From Bilabrum cf. latius (lineage: Eukaryota): a stretch of 64,000 nucleotides of DNA. Location of the stretch: the NCBI GenBank assembly GCA_965178125.1, contig OZ237755.1, positions 1 through 64,000 on the forward strand, written 5' to 3'. The notes under the pieces are model-generated. The model was not told the DNA's origin. It made no database searches and saw nothing but the letters and a program-made list of their open reading frames with translations. Of the stretch, positions 11,001-23,504 are shown piece after piece (within the stretch, counting starts at the first letter, position 1; each line of letters starts with the position of its first letter). The position numbers and the translations under genes were made by a program.

Positions 11001-13185
11001 TGCAATGCGACCTGGCTCGCTGCATTCAATTCTGCACCAGACTCGTGAAGCTTCTGCTTGCGCTCCATGAGCTGCAGGAGACGAGCTTGCCGCTTGGAAC
11101 CGTCCTGGACCGTCTGCATTAGCTGTTCTACCCCGTCTACTGCGCTGCGATAGGCAGAGCTGCTTACGAGCTCCTTCAGCTCTTGCTGCTTCGTTGTCAG
11201 CGAAGCCGCCATGGAGTCGCCGCCCACCTGCGCAAGCTGCTGCTCAATCCGCCCCTAGTCTTGGAGAAATTGCTAGCGCTTCTACCGCAGCTCCGCTTGC
11301 TCGTCCTCAACCCGTTGCACGTGCGCCTCCAGGTCCTTCAGCGCAGTTCTGGCCTGATCTGCTGCGGCCTACCGCACGGCTAGGTCCTTCTCTGCTCGCT
11401 GCTCTGCTTCTTCGACTGACTACCGCTTCCTCTCGCGGAGTGAGCTGACCGCTGCAAGGAGTGCAGCATGCTCAACAACAATTTCTTGGCCCAATTCCTC
11501 CATGATTGCGGCGTCAGCCTCGGATGCTTGGGCGAGCGCACTTGACGACGAGGCCGATGATCTCGACTGCGCGGGTCTGCCAACCAGGACTTGCAGGCCG
11601 GTCACTTCGTCCACCCGGGACGCCGCTTTCCTGTATCGCTTGACTTGACCTTCCATGCGAGCTATGTTAGCATTTGCGCTACCTAGCGCTTCATCGTAGG
11701 CCCGCGCCTTGGCGGTTGCATCCCTGATCTTTGCATGCAATGTCTGCTGTTGCTGCAGCAGGTCATCCAGATCATCGCTGAGGCGAGCTTCCTTCTTACG
11801 ACTGGCCTGAATGTAGTCATTTGCAGCGGTTGCATCGTCCAAGAAATGCTTTTGCTTGCTAGGCAGCTTCTATTCCCGCAAGGCCATGATGCGGTACTCG
11901 CGCCCGTACACCAGCCGCAGCGCCTGCGTGTGCACGTCTTCCCGGTCCTGCTCGCCGTCCTCCTTCAACATCCGCTGTGCCTCTGCCTCTATCTGCGGCA
12001 TCAGTGCTCGCTTTTTGGCTTGTATAGCCTCCTGGATGGCGGCGGCCTGCCCGGTCGAGAGAAGGAGGCCGGCCCTGAGCTGCTCGGCTTCTTGTCGCCG
12101 GGCAGCAACCCCTTCTTGGGCCCTGTCGAGCTTCTGCAGCTTGTCCCCCACTGCGTCAGCTATCGACTGAAGGGCGTCCATCCTCTCCTGTACCCTGACA
12201 AGCCTGCCCTTTGCTGAAGCAGCTACCCGATCCACAGCTCCCGCCGCCGCGACAGCTGCTGTCCTCTCGGCCTTGTATCGTTCCAGATGCCCCCGCCGCT
12301 CTCGAAGCGTTGCAACGTGTACGTCTGCTTCCTGTTGGTTAGCCTTTTCTGTCTTCCGCACGGCCCGAAGCTCTTCGAGCGCCCGTGCATACCGGTCCGC
12401 CTCGAAGATCTCGTCGAATTTCTTCTTGAGCGAGGCACCGTCCCCCAGTGGCCAGTTGCTGTCATCCTAGTGACACAAGATGACATGCCCGAGCACAGCT
12501 TGGGGTGCCCCAATAAGCTTGCACACGTGGCCATCGGCTTCACTCGTCTTGTATGAGATGCCGTGATCGTCGATTTCGCCGCTGTTCGGGTTGAACTTCC
12601 TGAATCGGACCGCCACATCCAGGGTCTTGAACGTCTACTTCCCAGTGCGTTCCGAATGCTTCAATTGCATCTACCTTGTGACAGTCAAGGGCAGGCCACT
12701 TCGAGTACAAAGCAGGCGAACCCGTGCCAAGACATCCCGTTTCTCCGTTAAGCGTGGATCGTGCACAAACTCACGCCCCTTTCCAGTTCCTGGGGGAGCA
12801 ATTCCTGTAGTCACGTACTTGAGGGCCTCTATGACGGTCTGCGAGATATTCATAAGCTGTCGGCGCACCAAACGGTGTTTGCTTGGGGATCAAGGCATGC
12901 TCGCCCAATCCTACGATGCGCGGCTCTCACAGTCTTGCCACAGCCATTTTGCCCCACAATCACGGTCAACGGCCGGAAAAACTCAATGACTTGCTGCAGT
13001 GCGAAATTAAGGGATGTCAACTGCATTCATGCGCTTTGGAGCAGTTGCCCAGTGGTTCGAATTCCAAATACGCCTGATCTAACTTTGGACTTGTCCTTAG
13101 CCTCTGGGCTAAAATTCCGAACTCCCGAAAGGAACATTTTGTTCACAGTCGTTATACTAGATGATCCAGCGCTTGAACCTGCCAT
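8018..13185 (-). CDS. RAD50: DNA repair protein RAD50, ~1661 aa; introns 12994-13083 and 12839-12930
   Basis: GVRNFSP, Walker [21 protein letters not shown](TAG)DDSNWPL, zinc hook CAAC, signature MRGRCSAGQ, Walker [18 protein letters not shown]. Exon 3 (8018-12838) is one frame with at least 15 TAGs and ends TGA. Confidence 0.96.
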
Positions 13186-13505
13186 AGCTGCTAGTATTCG
13201 GCAGCGAATGCGCTGCTCGCCTCCCAAGACCGCGGTTGCAACTGGTGAGAGTCGCCGCGCAAATACAGCGGAACACAATGAGCACGTTGGACTTGTATTC
13301 AGTGGTGCTCACTGCACCGAACCTTGTCCACGAATACCGCATATTCATCAAGGCATTGAAGTAAGTAGTAGTTTTGCACTACTGCCTGAAGCGGGTCGCA
13401 GTGTATGGCCTCAGCATCGTCCCGCAGCGTTCCTTTCGAGACTGAGGGAGATCTAGACCGGTCTATTCAAGGAATGGCTGTGAGTTGAAGTCGCGCATTG
13501 GGACT

Positions 13506-14824
13506 ATGTCCGTATAATTTTTGATTTCATTGCTATATCGATGCCAGATCTCTTCCGCTGCAGTCTACAAGGGTTCTAAACCAACGCTTCGACGAGGCAG
13601 TTGAGCTGACAGATTCTGACATTGACGAAAGGTGAGGAAGTGCAGTATTTTGCAATGCTGATTGCACACTGGTTGCTTGAATTCTCAGTTAACTCACAGG
13701 AGACGTCCCCTCTCGATCGCAGTGTTGATACGCACGCGCTCTCCTAGTCACAACAGCGGTAGCAACCTGGACAGGCAGAGAGCATAGAATCACCCGCGGT
13801 CCGTGCAGCTCCATCACCGCAAGCATCTCCAGACGCAGCCAATACCGGCTCCCCAACAATGAGCGGAGCGGGTAGAAGAGCAGGGATGAGTGGCGCAATG
13901 GATGCTCCCGAATCCGATGACAGCGCGTCGGTTGGTGCATCCGAATCTGAGCCCGAAATGGAGTCGCCGGCGGGCAGGCGCGGTGGCGATGGGTCACCCG
14001 ATAGTGAAATTCACAGCCGTGGAGATGAACGGGGTAATGGAGGCGGGGACGCTGACTAGTCGGGTGGGCCTGATACGCCGGGTGCTGCCGGGGCAGCGGG
14101 GCAGCCGGGCTCGGTCCGCCTGCCCAAGTCCTCGTACGACCCCGCGCAGATGGCAGGTTTGGACGTCCCAGCCTAGGTCAAAGAGCTATTTGCGCACATA
14201 CAGCGGTACTAGCCGCACGACGTGCAGCTTTAGACGCGGCTGAAGTGCTTCATTCCCGAGTACATCCCTGCCATTGGAGACATCGACGGCATGGTCAAGC
14301 CTGACAGGCCGGACGGGCAAGATGAGACCCTTGGCCTGGAGAGAATAGACGAGCCTGGTCCCGTGCAGAGTGACCCCACCGTGCTGGACTTGCAGCTGCG
14401 TGCCATGACCAAGCGCAGCGCCATGGAGCCTGCCGCTGTGCGCTCGATCGAGTACGCGGACCGCAAGCCGCACGAGATAGAGCGATGGGTCCGGTCCATC
14501 AGAGACCTGCACAAGACAAAGCCGCCGCCACAGGTACACTTCTCTCGCCCGATGCCAGACGTGGAGTCTTTGATGCAGGTGTGGCCTCCGGAATTCGAAG
14601 ACATGCTGAAGGGAGCCAAGCTGCCTGGGCCCGATGCGGACATGTCTCTGGAGGAGCTCGCGCGTGTCTACGCATCTCTATTGGACATTCCCGTGCACGA
14701 CTCTCCAGTACAGAGCCTGCACTTGATGTTCACGCTGTACAATGAGTTTAGAAACAACCAGCACTTCATGGCGGGCGCTGGGCTGGCGGGAGGCGGCTCG
14801 GACGGAAAGGGACCTGAGACTTGA
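13506..14824 (+). CDS. IFT46: Intraflagellar transport protein IFT46; introns 13512-13563 (tentative) and 13632-13722
   Basis: YDPA..VKELF..I.RY.P...L.TRLKCFIPEYIPAIGDIDG, LDLQLR, MPDVESLMQVWP, LHLMFTLYNEFRNNQHF. In-frame TAGs include 14057, 14174, 14210, 14231. Ends TGA. Confidence 0.93.
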
Positions 14825-14966
14825 CTGGATGCAGCAGAGACTTAAAAAATAAGATGCATTTTGCGCTTCAATTTGCGGTCTATACACCATCTTGCTTGGA
14901 TTTGACGCAAACATGAACTGCAGCGACGTCCACGGTACTGGAGCAGTTGCTCGCCACGGTCGCAGC

Positions 14967-17594
14967 TCATTCCGACTCGACCTCGCTCCCACGCACGGTG
15001 TCTGCCGCATCGCGGAGCAGTGGCATCCCAAGCAATTTTTCAAGGGCTTGCAGCGAAGACTGTTCGATTGGCAGGCATCCCCGTCTCGCTGCATCATGGG
15101 TGCGCGCCGCCAAGCGCAGCAATCGCTCCAAGCGCGGCTGAACGGGGGCCCCTGAATCCAGAAGCATCGCCCTGGCTACTGCAACATTGCTAGCAATGTC
15201 TTTCGGAGATTGCCCGTTTCCGCCGAGCATTGCTTGGATCGCGGCATGGGAGACGATCCCCTGCATGGTGCGCCAGGCAGAGGCATGCTCCCGGAATGAC
15301 GGCCGGCCCGTGCGGTCCCACTAGTGAAGCACAACGGGCTCAGTTGGGTGCACGACCTTGACCCCCATCTCATGCGCACGTGCCGTTGCAATCTACTCCT
15401 CGCCAAAGAACACATGCCGCAAAGAGGGCCCCGGCAGCAGCGCACTCAGCACCTCCGCTGGCCCGTACCAGAACCCAGCTGCAAACCCTTTGGCCACTGT
15501 GGGTTCAATCGAGCGGTGCGGCTTAGACACGAACGCGTCCACGAAGGATTGCCTGGCTATTGGGCTCCCAAACACGGTCCATTCCTCTTCTCGCGAGCCT
15601 TCCACTTCTGACCCTGCACCTCGCGGTGGGAGCCTCGATCCGAATCGCAGGAGTCCCTTGGCGTCGTGAGACTTGGGGAGCATCTGAGGTACGGCGCATG
15701 CAGCACTAGCACCCATCGCTTTGCCTGGAGTGGGATCATATGCAGCTGGGTATGTAGAAACTACGCACAGCCCACCGGTTCCAATGTGCCCATTTTCACA
15801 TACACCCCCACCGAGCAAGGCTTCGGCAGCCGTGAGATCTCGCTCCAGCAACAAGTCCCACCCCCGTCTAAATCGCATGTGCGCATCAATAGATAGCACC
15901 CTCTCCTCGCCTTTAAACATGCTGAAGCATAGGTGCCGCGCCCAGACTGGCCCTGCAGCCTCCGATGCTGGGATATGGATGGCAGTGGAGCGCCTACGCA
16001 CGATGTCTGCAATGAAGTCTTGCTCGCTTCTGTCCACCCGAGCAGCCCGATCACGGCCAAGCCCAACTTCTTCCAGGCTAGGGCATTGCATGTGTGGGTT
16101 TCTAATCCGGTTGTCGTCTGACGGGTCGCTCTAAATGCACAAACCGACGCGCAATCGATCCGGGAAGGCTGCTGTTGCGAACAAGTTGGCCAGAGTGGAG
16201 GCGCACTCTGCCTCTCGATACGCAGGAATCGCCACAAATGTACGAGGATGCTAGTACTGGCTATCTGTCAGTTCAGCGGGGCCCAAACGAGTCGTTGCTT
16301 GCACCGAGGGACGATCGGTGCCCACCGAGGGGTCGCAGGCTTGGCTTGCGCTGCTGCCTGCGGGTGGACCTTGTAAGGATGATCCTGCTGGGGCGGAATT
16401 TCCAGCCCCTGATCGCGCCGAAGCTTCCTCAGGATCCGCCTAGTGAGCGGCTCTCTGGCTACTGCCTGCTGCTGCCAGAGGTAGCGGTGCATGGCTGGGC
16501 GGCAGCACCTTAAGAGCCCCATCCACGACCAGCTGCGACCCCAAGTCGCTCTGACCGCTTCCATAGAGCCACATGGACACTGCAAATCTCGGTCGATGCG
16601 TAGGCAACACCTCGTGCGGGGTCACGTCCGAGCGAAAGACCACCACTCTCCCGGGCAGGGGTGCCACGTCTTGATACCATTCCTTTGTGCAAGCAGCATC
16701 GCCACCAACGATCGAGTGCTTCCCGCTGTAGACGCGCAGCATTCCACCATCACTTGGGCTCCAGTCTATCTGTGGTGAATCTCCAGCGCACCCCTCCCCA
16801 CTGGCAGGCGCTCTGGGGGCCGCTGCGCCTGGAGATGCTGCTCCCATGCCCAAGTAGGCAATCACAGTGACCAGCCGCCTCTCACCGCCACTGCCCTCTT
16901 GATCTCCGCGTGAAGCTGGAAACTAGTCCACATGTCGGACATAACGCGCACCATTGCCGGGGTAACACGTGAGCTGGGCAGAAACCCGTCCGGACAGCCC
17001 AAGCTCAGGGACAGACTTTCTAATCTTGCCACTAAGCCCATGAAGCTACGCCAAGAATGTACTCCAGTGCTATGCCAAGAACCACGGCTGCTGCATGCCC
17101 CCCTTTCCATCATTTCTAGAAGGCAATTTCGGAGAGGGGTCTGTTGCAGCCAGCTCGAACTCTTCTGTGATCCACGCTCGGAGATCGCCCCTGTCGCTCG
17201 AGCTCTTCCAAGCGGTGCCATCCTTACCCATTCCCGCAGGAATCATCGAGGGGTGCACGAATTTCGCTCCTTTGACGCTTCTATCCGACAGAGCCTCACG
17301 ATGAACGAATGATTCACAGTCAGTGGTGATGGCTTCCAAATCTGCGATGGCTACGCAGTCATCGGCGATGGCCACGGCAGGTCTCCCCTTCCGTGCGCCA
17401 ACTGCAAGGAGAAACGTAGTCTGGGGGGTGGAAAGCGAGTCGATCCCGGAGCTCTAGGTCTTTGATTCGATTCCAGCTAGCATTTCTTGATGCCGAGCGG
17501 GCAGCAGTCCCGGGCGCGGCATGCGCACTGCTTGGCGAGCCATCATCAACAGGTCTGACTTTGAAATAGGAATTCGACTAGATTTTTCAGACAT
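14967..17594 (-). CDS. Fused EGLN/PhyA-type prolyl 4-hydroxylase + Gnt1-type (GT60) GlcNAc-transferase (PhgA-like, Skp1 modification), ~875 aa
   Basis: One frame broken only by TAGs. 2OG-Fe(II) motifs CYPGNGARYVRHVD and PHEVLPTHRPRFAVSMW. GT60 motifs FVAIPAYREAEC, RVGLCI(TAG), GPVWARH, IDAHMRF, FAAGF, FFGEE. Ends TGA 14967. Confidence 0.88.
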
Positions 17595-17839
17595 GCTTGC
17601 GCTAGTGTATGTGATTTGGCCGGTGCTGGGTCTAGGTCTCTGGCTGGATGAATGTCGCGCAGCTCCGAGTCTGCGCCGACCACTGCCAATGCATGCATGC
17701 GAGAAACTTCCACTGGCAGTCCAAACGCCTGCGCCACCGCTAAATGCCATACACCCCCCACTTGACCCCAGCCGAACACCAGCCCCCGCTCGTGTGTTCA
17801 AGCGACCACGCGGACCATGCAACCACAATACCGCTTCGC

Positions 17840-20356
17840 TCAGCTCCTCCCCCTCACCTCGACCTCGTCGTCCTCCGGGTCCAACCCGAGGCTCTCGAGC
17901 AGCTCCCGGGCCTCCTGTGCCGCCAAAGATACGTCGGCGCGCTTAAACTGCGCCGCCTGCGCGTCTCTTTCCTCCATCTCGCTCACTACCTCGGACGATG
18001 ACCGCATCACAGTGACGATGCCAGCCTGCTCCTGCCCGACCCTGTGGCTGCTTGCCGCACCAGCCGGGGTGCCATCAGCGAACCGAGCCGCCTCATACCT
18101 GGACGGCATCGCGTACAGGTGCTCGCTGACCGGGTTCAAGGGAGCGGCTCGCATCTCATTCACCCATTGCTCCACAAGCGGGTCTCCATCCCGTGGCAGC
18201 AGCTCCTGCCCCAGACGGCCTACCTCGGCAGACCCTAAGGCAGCCCACACGTCAGGCAAGGGGATCCTGCAGTCCTCCGGGGCGACAGGCGGTTCGGCGC
18301 GCGGGAGCTTACGGAAGAGAGGTGGCAGCGTCCGCTCGGCGATGGCCTCGGGAGACTCTGTCAGGACGACATCCACACCTGCTGATAGCACCAGCCGGAG
18401 CACCTTCTGATGCAGGGCCGGGGTGGAGGCCAGCTCTGAGCACACCTAGTCCAGGACGGCAGCTGCATGCCTGGCCTTGGCAGCGTGCTTCTCCGCCAGG
18501 AATGCCAAGATGCGCAACCTCAGGAACATCATGATCTATCTGTAGGCCCGCGTGTACTCGAGTGCGACATCGGTGGCCCCAGTGAACTTGAGCACCTCAT
18601 AGACTGCCCTGTCCACCTGAGTGTTCCACAGGTAGTGCATCTCGGCCAGCGAATCGAAGCGCTGCAGGTTGAAGTACAGGATACGGCCCCACATGGCATA
18701 CTCGCTTGGTGGCACCCTCACTGAGCTCGCCTTTGGCTTGTAGTATGGCGAGCCAGGCTGGCTCTGCGCGGCTTTGAGTGCCTCCTCTGGCTGCGCTCCG
18801 CTGGTGGCCATCTTGAGCACCTCCTCGGGAATGCCTTTGCGTCTGCCAAGCACGTCTTGCTAGCTCATGTCTGCCGAGAACTAGCCCCCATCGAATCCAC
18901 CAGGGCCAGTGTCACCATCGGGCGAGCGTGATTGCGCCCGCGCGTCTGCCTCCTCCTGCCTCACCCTGGCTTGCAGCTCCTTCTCAACGGCAGGCCTGAC
19001 CTTCTCATCGAACATCTTCTCCAGGTGCACCGCATACTGGCCAACCTCGTCCAAAGACTTCCACAGCTTCTTCAAATCGGACTCGCTTGCCGTGCCTACC
19101 TCCCGCGGGGCCTTGTTCAGCTGCGGCAGGCCTGGTTGCAGCGGTGACGCCACAACGGGCTCACCCTTGGCAAGCTTGGCCTGGTCTGCATCCACATCCA
19201 CGAACCGGAACGGACGAGCAGAATGGACGCCGTCTAGCGGGCCCTTCAGAAGCTGTCCGATGCCAGCTGACTGCAGCAGAGTCGCGAGGGACTGCTTGGA
19301 CCCATCCGGGGCAGTCGTGGTGGGAAGCAGCGCGCCAGGCTGCAGGACGCTCGCAGGGTACCGGATGACTGCCAGTCGGGGAGAGGCCACTCGAGACGAT
19401 TCTGCGCTCCCATTCTTTTGCTCCAAAGTAGCGGACTCTGTGTGCCTTTTGTCTCTCACAGCGTCGCACACTGCCAACACGGACGCGATAGGCTGCCCCA
19501 CCGATGCATCTGCGAGGGCCTCTCGCTCCCGGCCTAGGGCAGCACGGTCTTTTGGAGAGGCATCTGCACTATCATTACCACTAGAGCATGCAGAATACCC
19601 CTCTCCGTTGGTAGATGCACCGCCAGCCACAGTAAACTGGGCGCACCCCAGCCCATACCATTGGGCCACCCCCTGGTCCACCGCATCCTCCAGAATCTCG
19701 ACTGTGTGCCAGACGTCTTGCTGGGTGAATTCTGAGGGGTCCCTAGGAAGGTTTGCCACTAGAATATCGAAAGTTTCCAAACCCATCCACTCAAGGGAGC
19801 GGCGGGCACGTTCAAGGATGTGAGCCGGGCGGACCGTCTCGTCGTCACGCACGCTAAAGTTTGCCGCGCCAAGGCTCACATTGCCAACGATTACAAGCTG
19901 ATCTCTCGTACATCGCTTTAATTTAAGCAACCTTCGGATGGCAACCGCCTCAAAATTCCTCCATTCTTCTAAGTCATCGAACCTCAGCTGGTGCGGATCC
20001 CGCCTCATGTGCTGGCCATCTATGTCTATCTCAATCATGTTGCAGCCTCTCTTAGCGACGAAGGTATGCAACTTTCTACGCCGTTTATCAGCCAATTCAC
20101 CCAAGTCATCGCCTCCGAAGCCTATTCTTCCAACCGAAAGCTCGCATCTGGGCAGAACAACATGCTCCAGTGGAAACTTATCTCCGAACTCACTGGTACC
20201 CGACGTAGTTGCATGGCCACATATAACCGGTTCTTTAATATCTGGTTGGACATATCTCGTCTATGCCCGGGCCATGGATGAACACTATCGCGGCAGGCGG
20301 CACACACAACGATACAATCGGGAGCATCTCTGTGCAAAGCGAATCGGCCTATTCAT
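17840..20356 (-). CDS. Aldo/keto reductase-like protein with an Arg-rich putative mitochondrial presequence
   Basis: ORFs 18881..20104, 18536..18853 and 17840..18445 share a frame joined by TAGs. GHATTSGT, RIGFG, RRSLEWMGLETFDILVANLP, LEDAVDQGVAQWYG. N-terminus MNRPIRFAQRCSRLYR. Confidence 0.7.
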
Positions 20357-20557
20357 TATTGCAGCGCACGATTGAGTCAAACTATAGCAAAACAGATATT
20401 GAACTTAACGCTGAGTCGTATACTTTTGCAGTCGGGTACACGGCCCCTGTTTTTGAGCACGTAATTCCGGCGAGCGAACTTCCAGCACCACTGATGAACC
20501 TTCGTTACGCTTAAATCCGGAATTACAAATCGAGATACAGTTCACATTTAAGCAGGT

Positions 20558-22872
20558 ATGGCGGCCAGCATGTCGTCCATTGAAACCTTAGAAGCGGAAA
20601 TTGTCGCAATTAAAACCAACATGATCGCAAAGATCAAGAAAGGAGATTCTGTTCTTCCATGGTGAGTTCCTGCTAGCTTTATTTGAATTCGTGTCGGTGA
20701 AATTCGATAGTCTAGACCACCCGAGTCTTTTTCTTCCGATGCTGCAGCTTAATCGAGTTTATTGGTAAGGTTGATGTAGATCGTGGCTGCCGAATTGCGG
20801 TGCATGGAGAATGGACAAACTCCCGACCAGTTTGGCTCGGAGCACTGCGATGCATACGAGTTATTAGTGCAGTCACAGAACCAGAATGCCGGTCGTAGTT
20901 CCACTCGTGGCTACTAGATGCACGAGAGGATGGTTCGCGCCGAGTTGATCTCGTGTGCTCGTCGTGCTCGCAGCTTCGCGTTCGGCAGGAACGGCGAGGT
21001 GCTGACGATTGCAGTGCATCCAAAGCAACAATAACGTTGGAAGATACAGGTGACGATCAGCTTGATCTGCTTACAGCGAGGATTGCATTGCAGATACTGC
21101 ACAATGCGGCCAGTGGTGCTGCACGCTGCATACGGATGCAGGTTGCTTCCGCCGCTCTTGAGGCTGGAACGATGCCTAGGCGGGCTAAATGTGCTGCTGG
21201 CCGATCTCTTGAAGGTACAACTACACCATAGTCAGGACCAAAAGGCTCCATGTTTCATTTACTGCTTTCCGGTCGCATCGGAGACTAGCTCGCAGATTGG
21301 GCCATCGTAGTGGACCGCTGTGCAGCTGTAGTCCGAGCGTGCCTCGGGAGGCCGGGACCCACAGCACTTGGTGCTGAGAGCCTTGCTGCAGCGGTGGGAG
21401 ATAGACTAGTCTCTGATTCTATCCAGCGGATTGGCGGCGCGGGGGTGGCGGAAGGCGAAGGTGAAGCAGAGGCAGAGGCAGAGGGAGCTGTGCTGCAGTT
21501 GGCACCTTGCGTGTTCCACACCCTGCTAGATGCGTGCGCGAAGGTGGCTGGCGCACAACAGCGGGATTCTGGCAAGCACGGCGTCAAGTCTGGATCTGGG
21601 TCTCACTCCGCCAGCGAATCAGAATCAGAATCTCACGGAGGGACGGGACAGGATCACGCTGGCGATTCTACTGCAGACTTCGAGTGGATTCCTCTGCTAG
21701 TACAGGACATTTGCGTAGAGAAATCTCCAAAGGGCCAATGCGGCTTGCTTCACCTGATGCATTCGATAGCACCCCGCACCATGCGATACGAGAACAAGCT
21801 GGACTGTGTACCATCGGCCGACGATGGATGGTTGGCTCTGAGCATCGAGCTCCAGCGGGTTTCCATCGTCCTGCGCTCCCTAGCCCCGTGGATGGCAGAG
21901 GCGACCAAATGCTCCGCATCCCTAGCGCACGAGCCAAGGACAGACCATCTCTCCGGCCTTGAGCATGTGTCGGGTCATCTCTCGAGAGCCGTCCTGCCTA
22001 TGCTCTAGCTGTGGCAGGCTGCCACCTGCGATACGACCCAGGCAGCCGCTACAGAGGTTGCGGCTGTAAGTGAAGCGGTGGCTGCTAGTACTGCACCCCC
22101 TCCGCATGTGCACAAGCGAGCGGAGGCCTCCACGGTGGCCTAGGACATGGCACTGGTCTTTCTGTCCGACTGCATCGAAGGGTGCATGGAGCACCTGTCC
22201 GACATCCGGGTGAAGCTGCACGGGGAGCACGAGGGACACGAAGACGATGGGCCGATCGAGTAGCATGCCCCTGCATCTGCGTCACCACGCGATTGCGTGG
22301 AGCAAACGACCACGATGGCTCGCGAAGCCACAGCACCCGCTGGAACCGGCGAGACCAGCTCAAGTCGTGCTGAGGGCGAGGAACACAAGGCTAGTGAAGA
22401 TCGATCGCTGTACCAGCTTGTGTCCAGCGCTCTAATGGGCCTCGCTCCGGCTGTGTCCGATGCCGCGCAGCCCCCAGCGTCCGCTCGCGGCCCATCCGCT
22501 GCGGTCGCTACGGGCTCAAGTCAACCATCGAGGAGAATTCTGAGGCCACTCGGCGTGACAGACAAGACTGGAATGCTGCGCGTCTCAATGTGTCGCTGGC
22601 TGGCCAACCAGTGCTTCCGCGACGGCAAAGCAGCGGAGTGGGCGCTTGAGGCTGGCGCTCTGCACGCGTGCACCCACCATCGGTCTCTTGATCCAAGGGC
22701 ACCAACACTCAGGGACTGGGCACAGCTCGTGATACGCAATGCAAGCACGTCCTCCAGAGTGGTCTAGTAGGCGCTCGCCTAGCTCGTGGTATCTCAGTCG
22801 GGACGAGACGGCACGGCGACAAGGGGAGGGGCAGCCGTTCGGGTGCCAAGGCAAGATACCGTGATCGCTTAA
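20558..22872 (+). CDS. ATXN10: Ataxin-10-like armadillo protein; intron 20662-20747
   Basis: C-terminal RWLANQCF...GALHAC...DPRAPTLRDWAQLVIRNA...VV(TAG)(TAG)ALA(TAG)L resembles the ataxin-10 domain. ORF pieces are all in one frame; ends TAA 22870. Confidence 0.75.
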
Positions 22873-23381
22873 TTGGCCTCCTTTCCACTCACCAACGAAA
22901 TCACGCACAGATTTGATGCTTGCCCCGGAGGGGTTCCGCCAGGTGTGGACTCCTTTTTGACGCAAGTATCTGCGATTTCCTTGGCTGCCGCCAGATCACA
23001 GTCTTGCGATTCGGCACAAACTTGAAGGGATAGCAAGCTCTCCCCACATTGACTTAGTACGTTCTTCTTGACTCTTCCCAAAAGTAGGTGGCATCCTTGC
23101 AGGACTTGCTACTCCTGACTACAAGCCCGCGCTTGGCCAGCACGCCCCGCTTCGCATAGCTTAAGCTTATCCTCAGCAACCTAGCAAACACTAGCTGGAC
23201 AATCAATCATGGTATTCATCCACGATTTATCTTCGGCTACTTCTTTATTTTGTGACTGTTTGGGCGATTCTGACGGGAGATTTCTCTGGAATCGCAGAGC
23301 TGAATAGTACATGACCTGCAAGAGCGCGGCCACCAGCACGCTGCTACAGACACCCAACTTCAACTTATCAGATACTTGCAT
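22869..23381 (-). CDS. Small protein with an N-terminal TM segment and CX9C-X10-CX9C plus a third CX9C motif (CHCH-like)
   Basis: ORFs 23181..23432 and 22869..23081 join via TAG 23181 and 23109: C(Q)VAEDKLKLC-X10-CSQE(Q)QVLQGC...CGESLLSLQVC. Ends TAA 22869. Confidence 0.7.
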
Positions 23382-23504
23382 CCGATAAATGGCTTTCAGG
23401 TAACCCCAGAATGCCATGCATAGATTCGGCACGGAGTAGCGCGATCTTCATCATCATTTTCACTGCCAGTGCTTAAATGGTTCGAGAATACCCGTGTAAA
23501 CACG

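Noticed and set aside
14160-14240. TAG = Glu, pyrrolysine, or A-to-I-edited Trp
   Set aside because: Two IFT46 TAGs fall where homologues often have E/D, but these are variable sites. Invariant positions (RAD50 Q-loop, IQ motif, GT60) require Gln, none corresponds to a conserved Trp, and no pyl genes are present.
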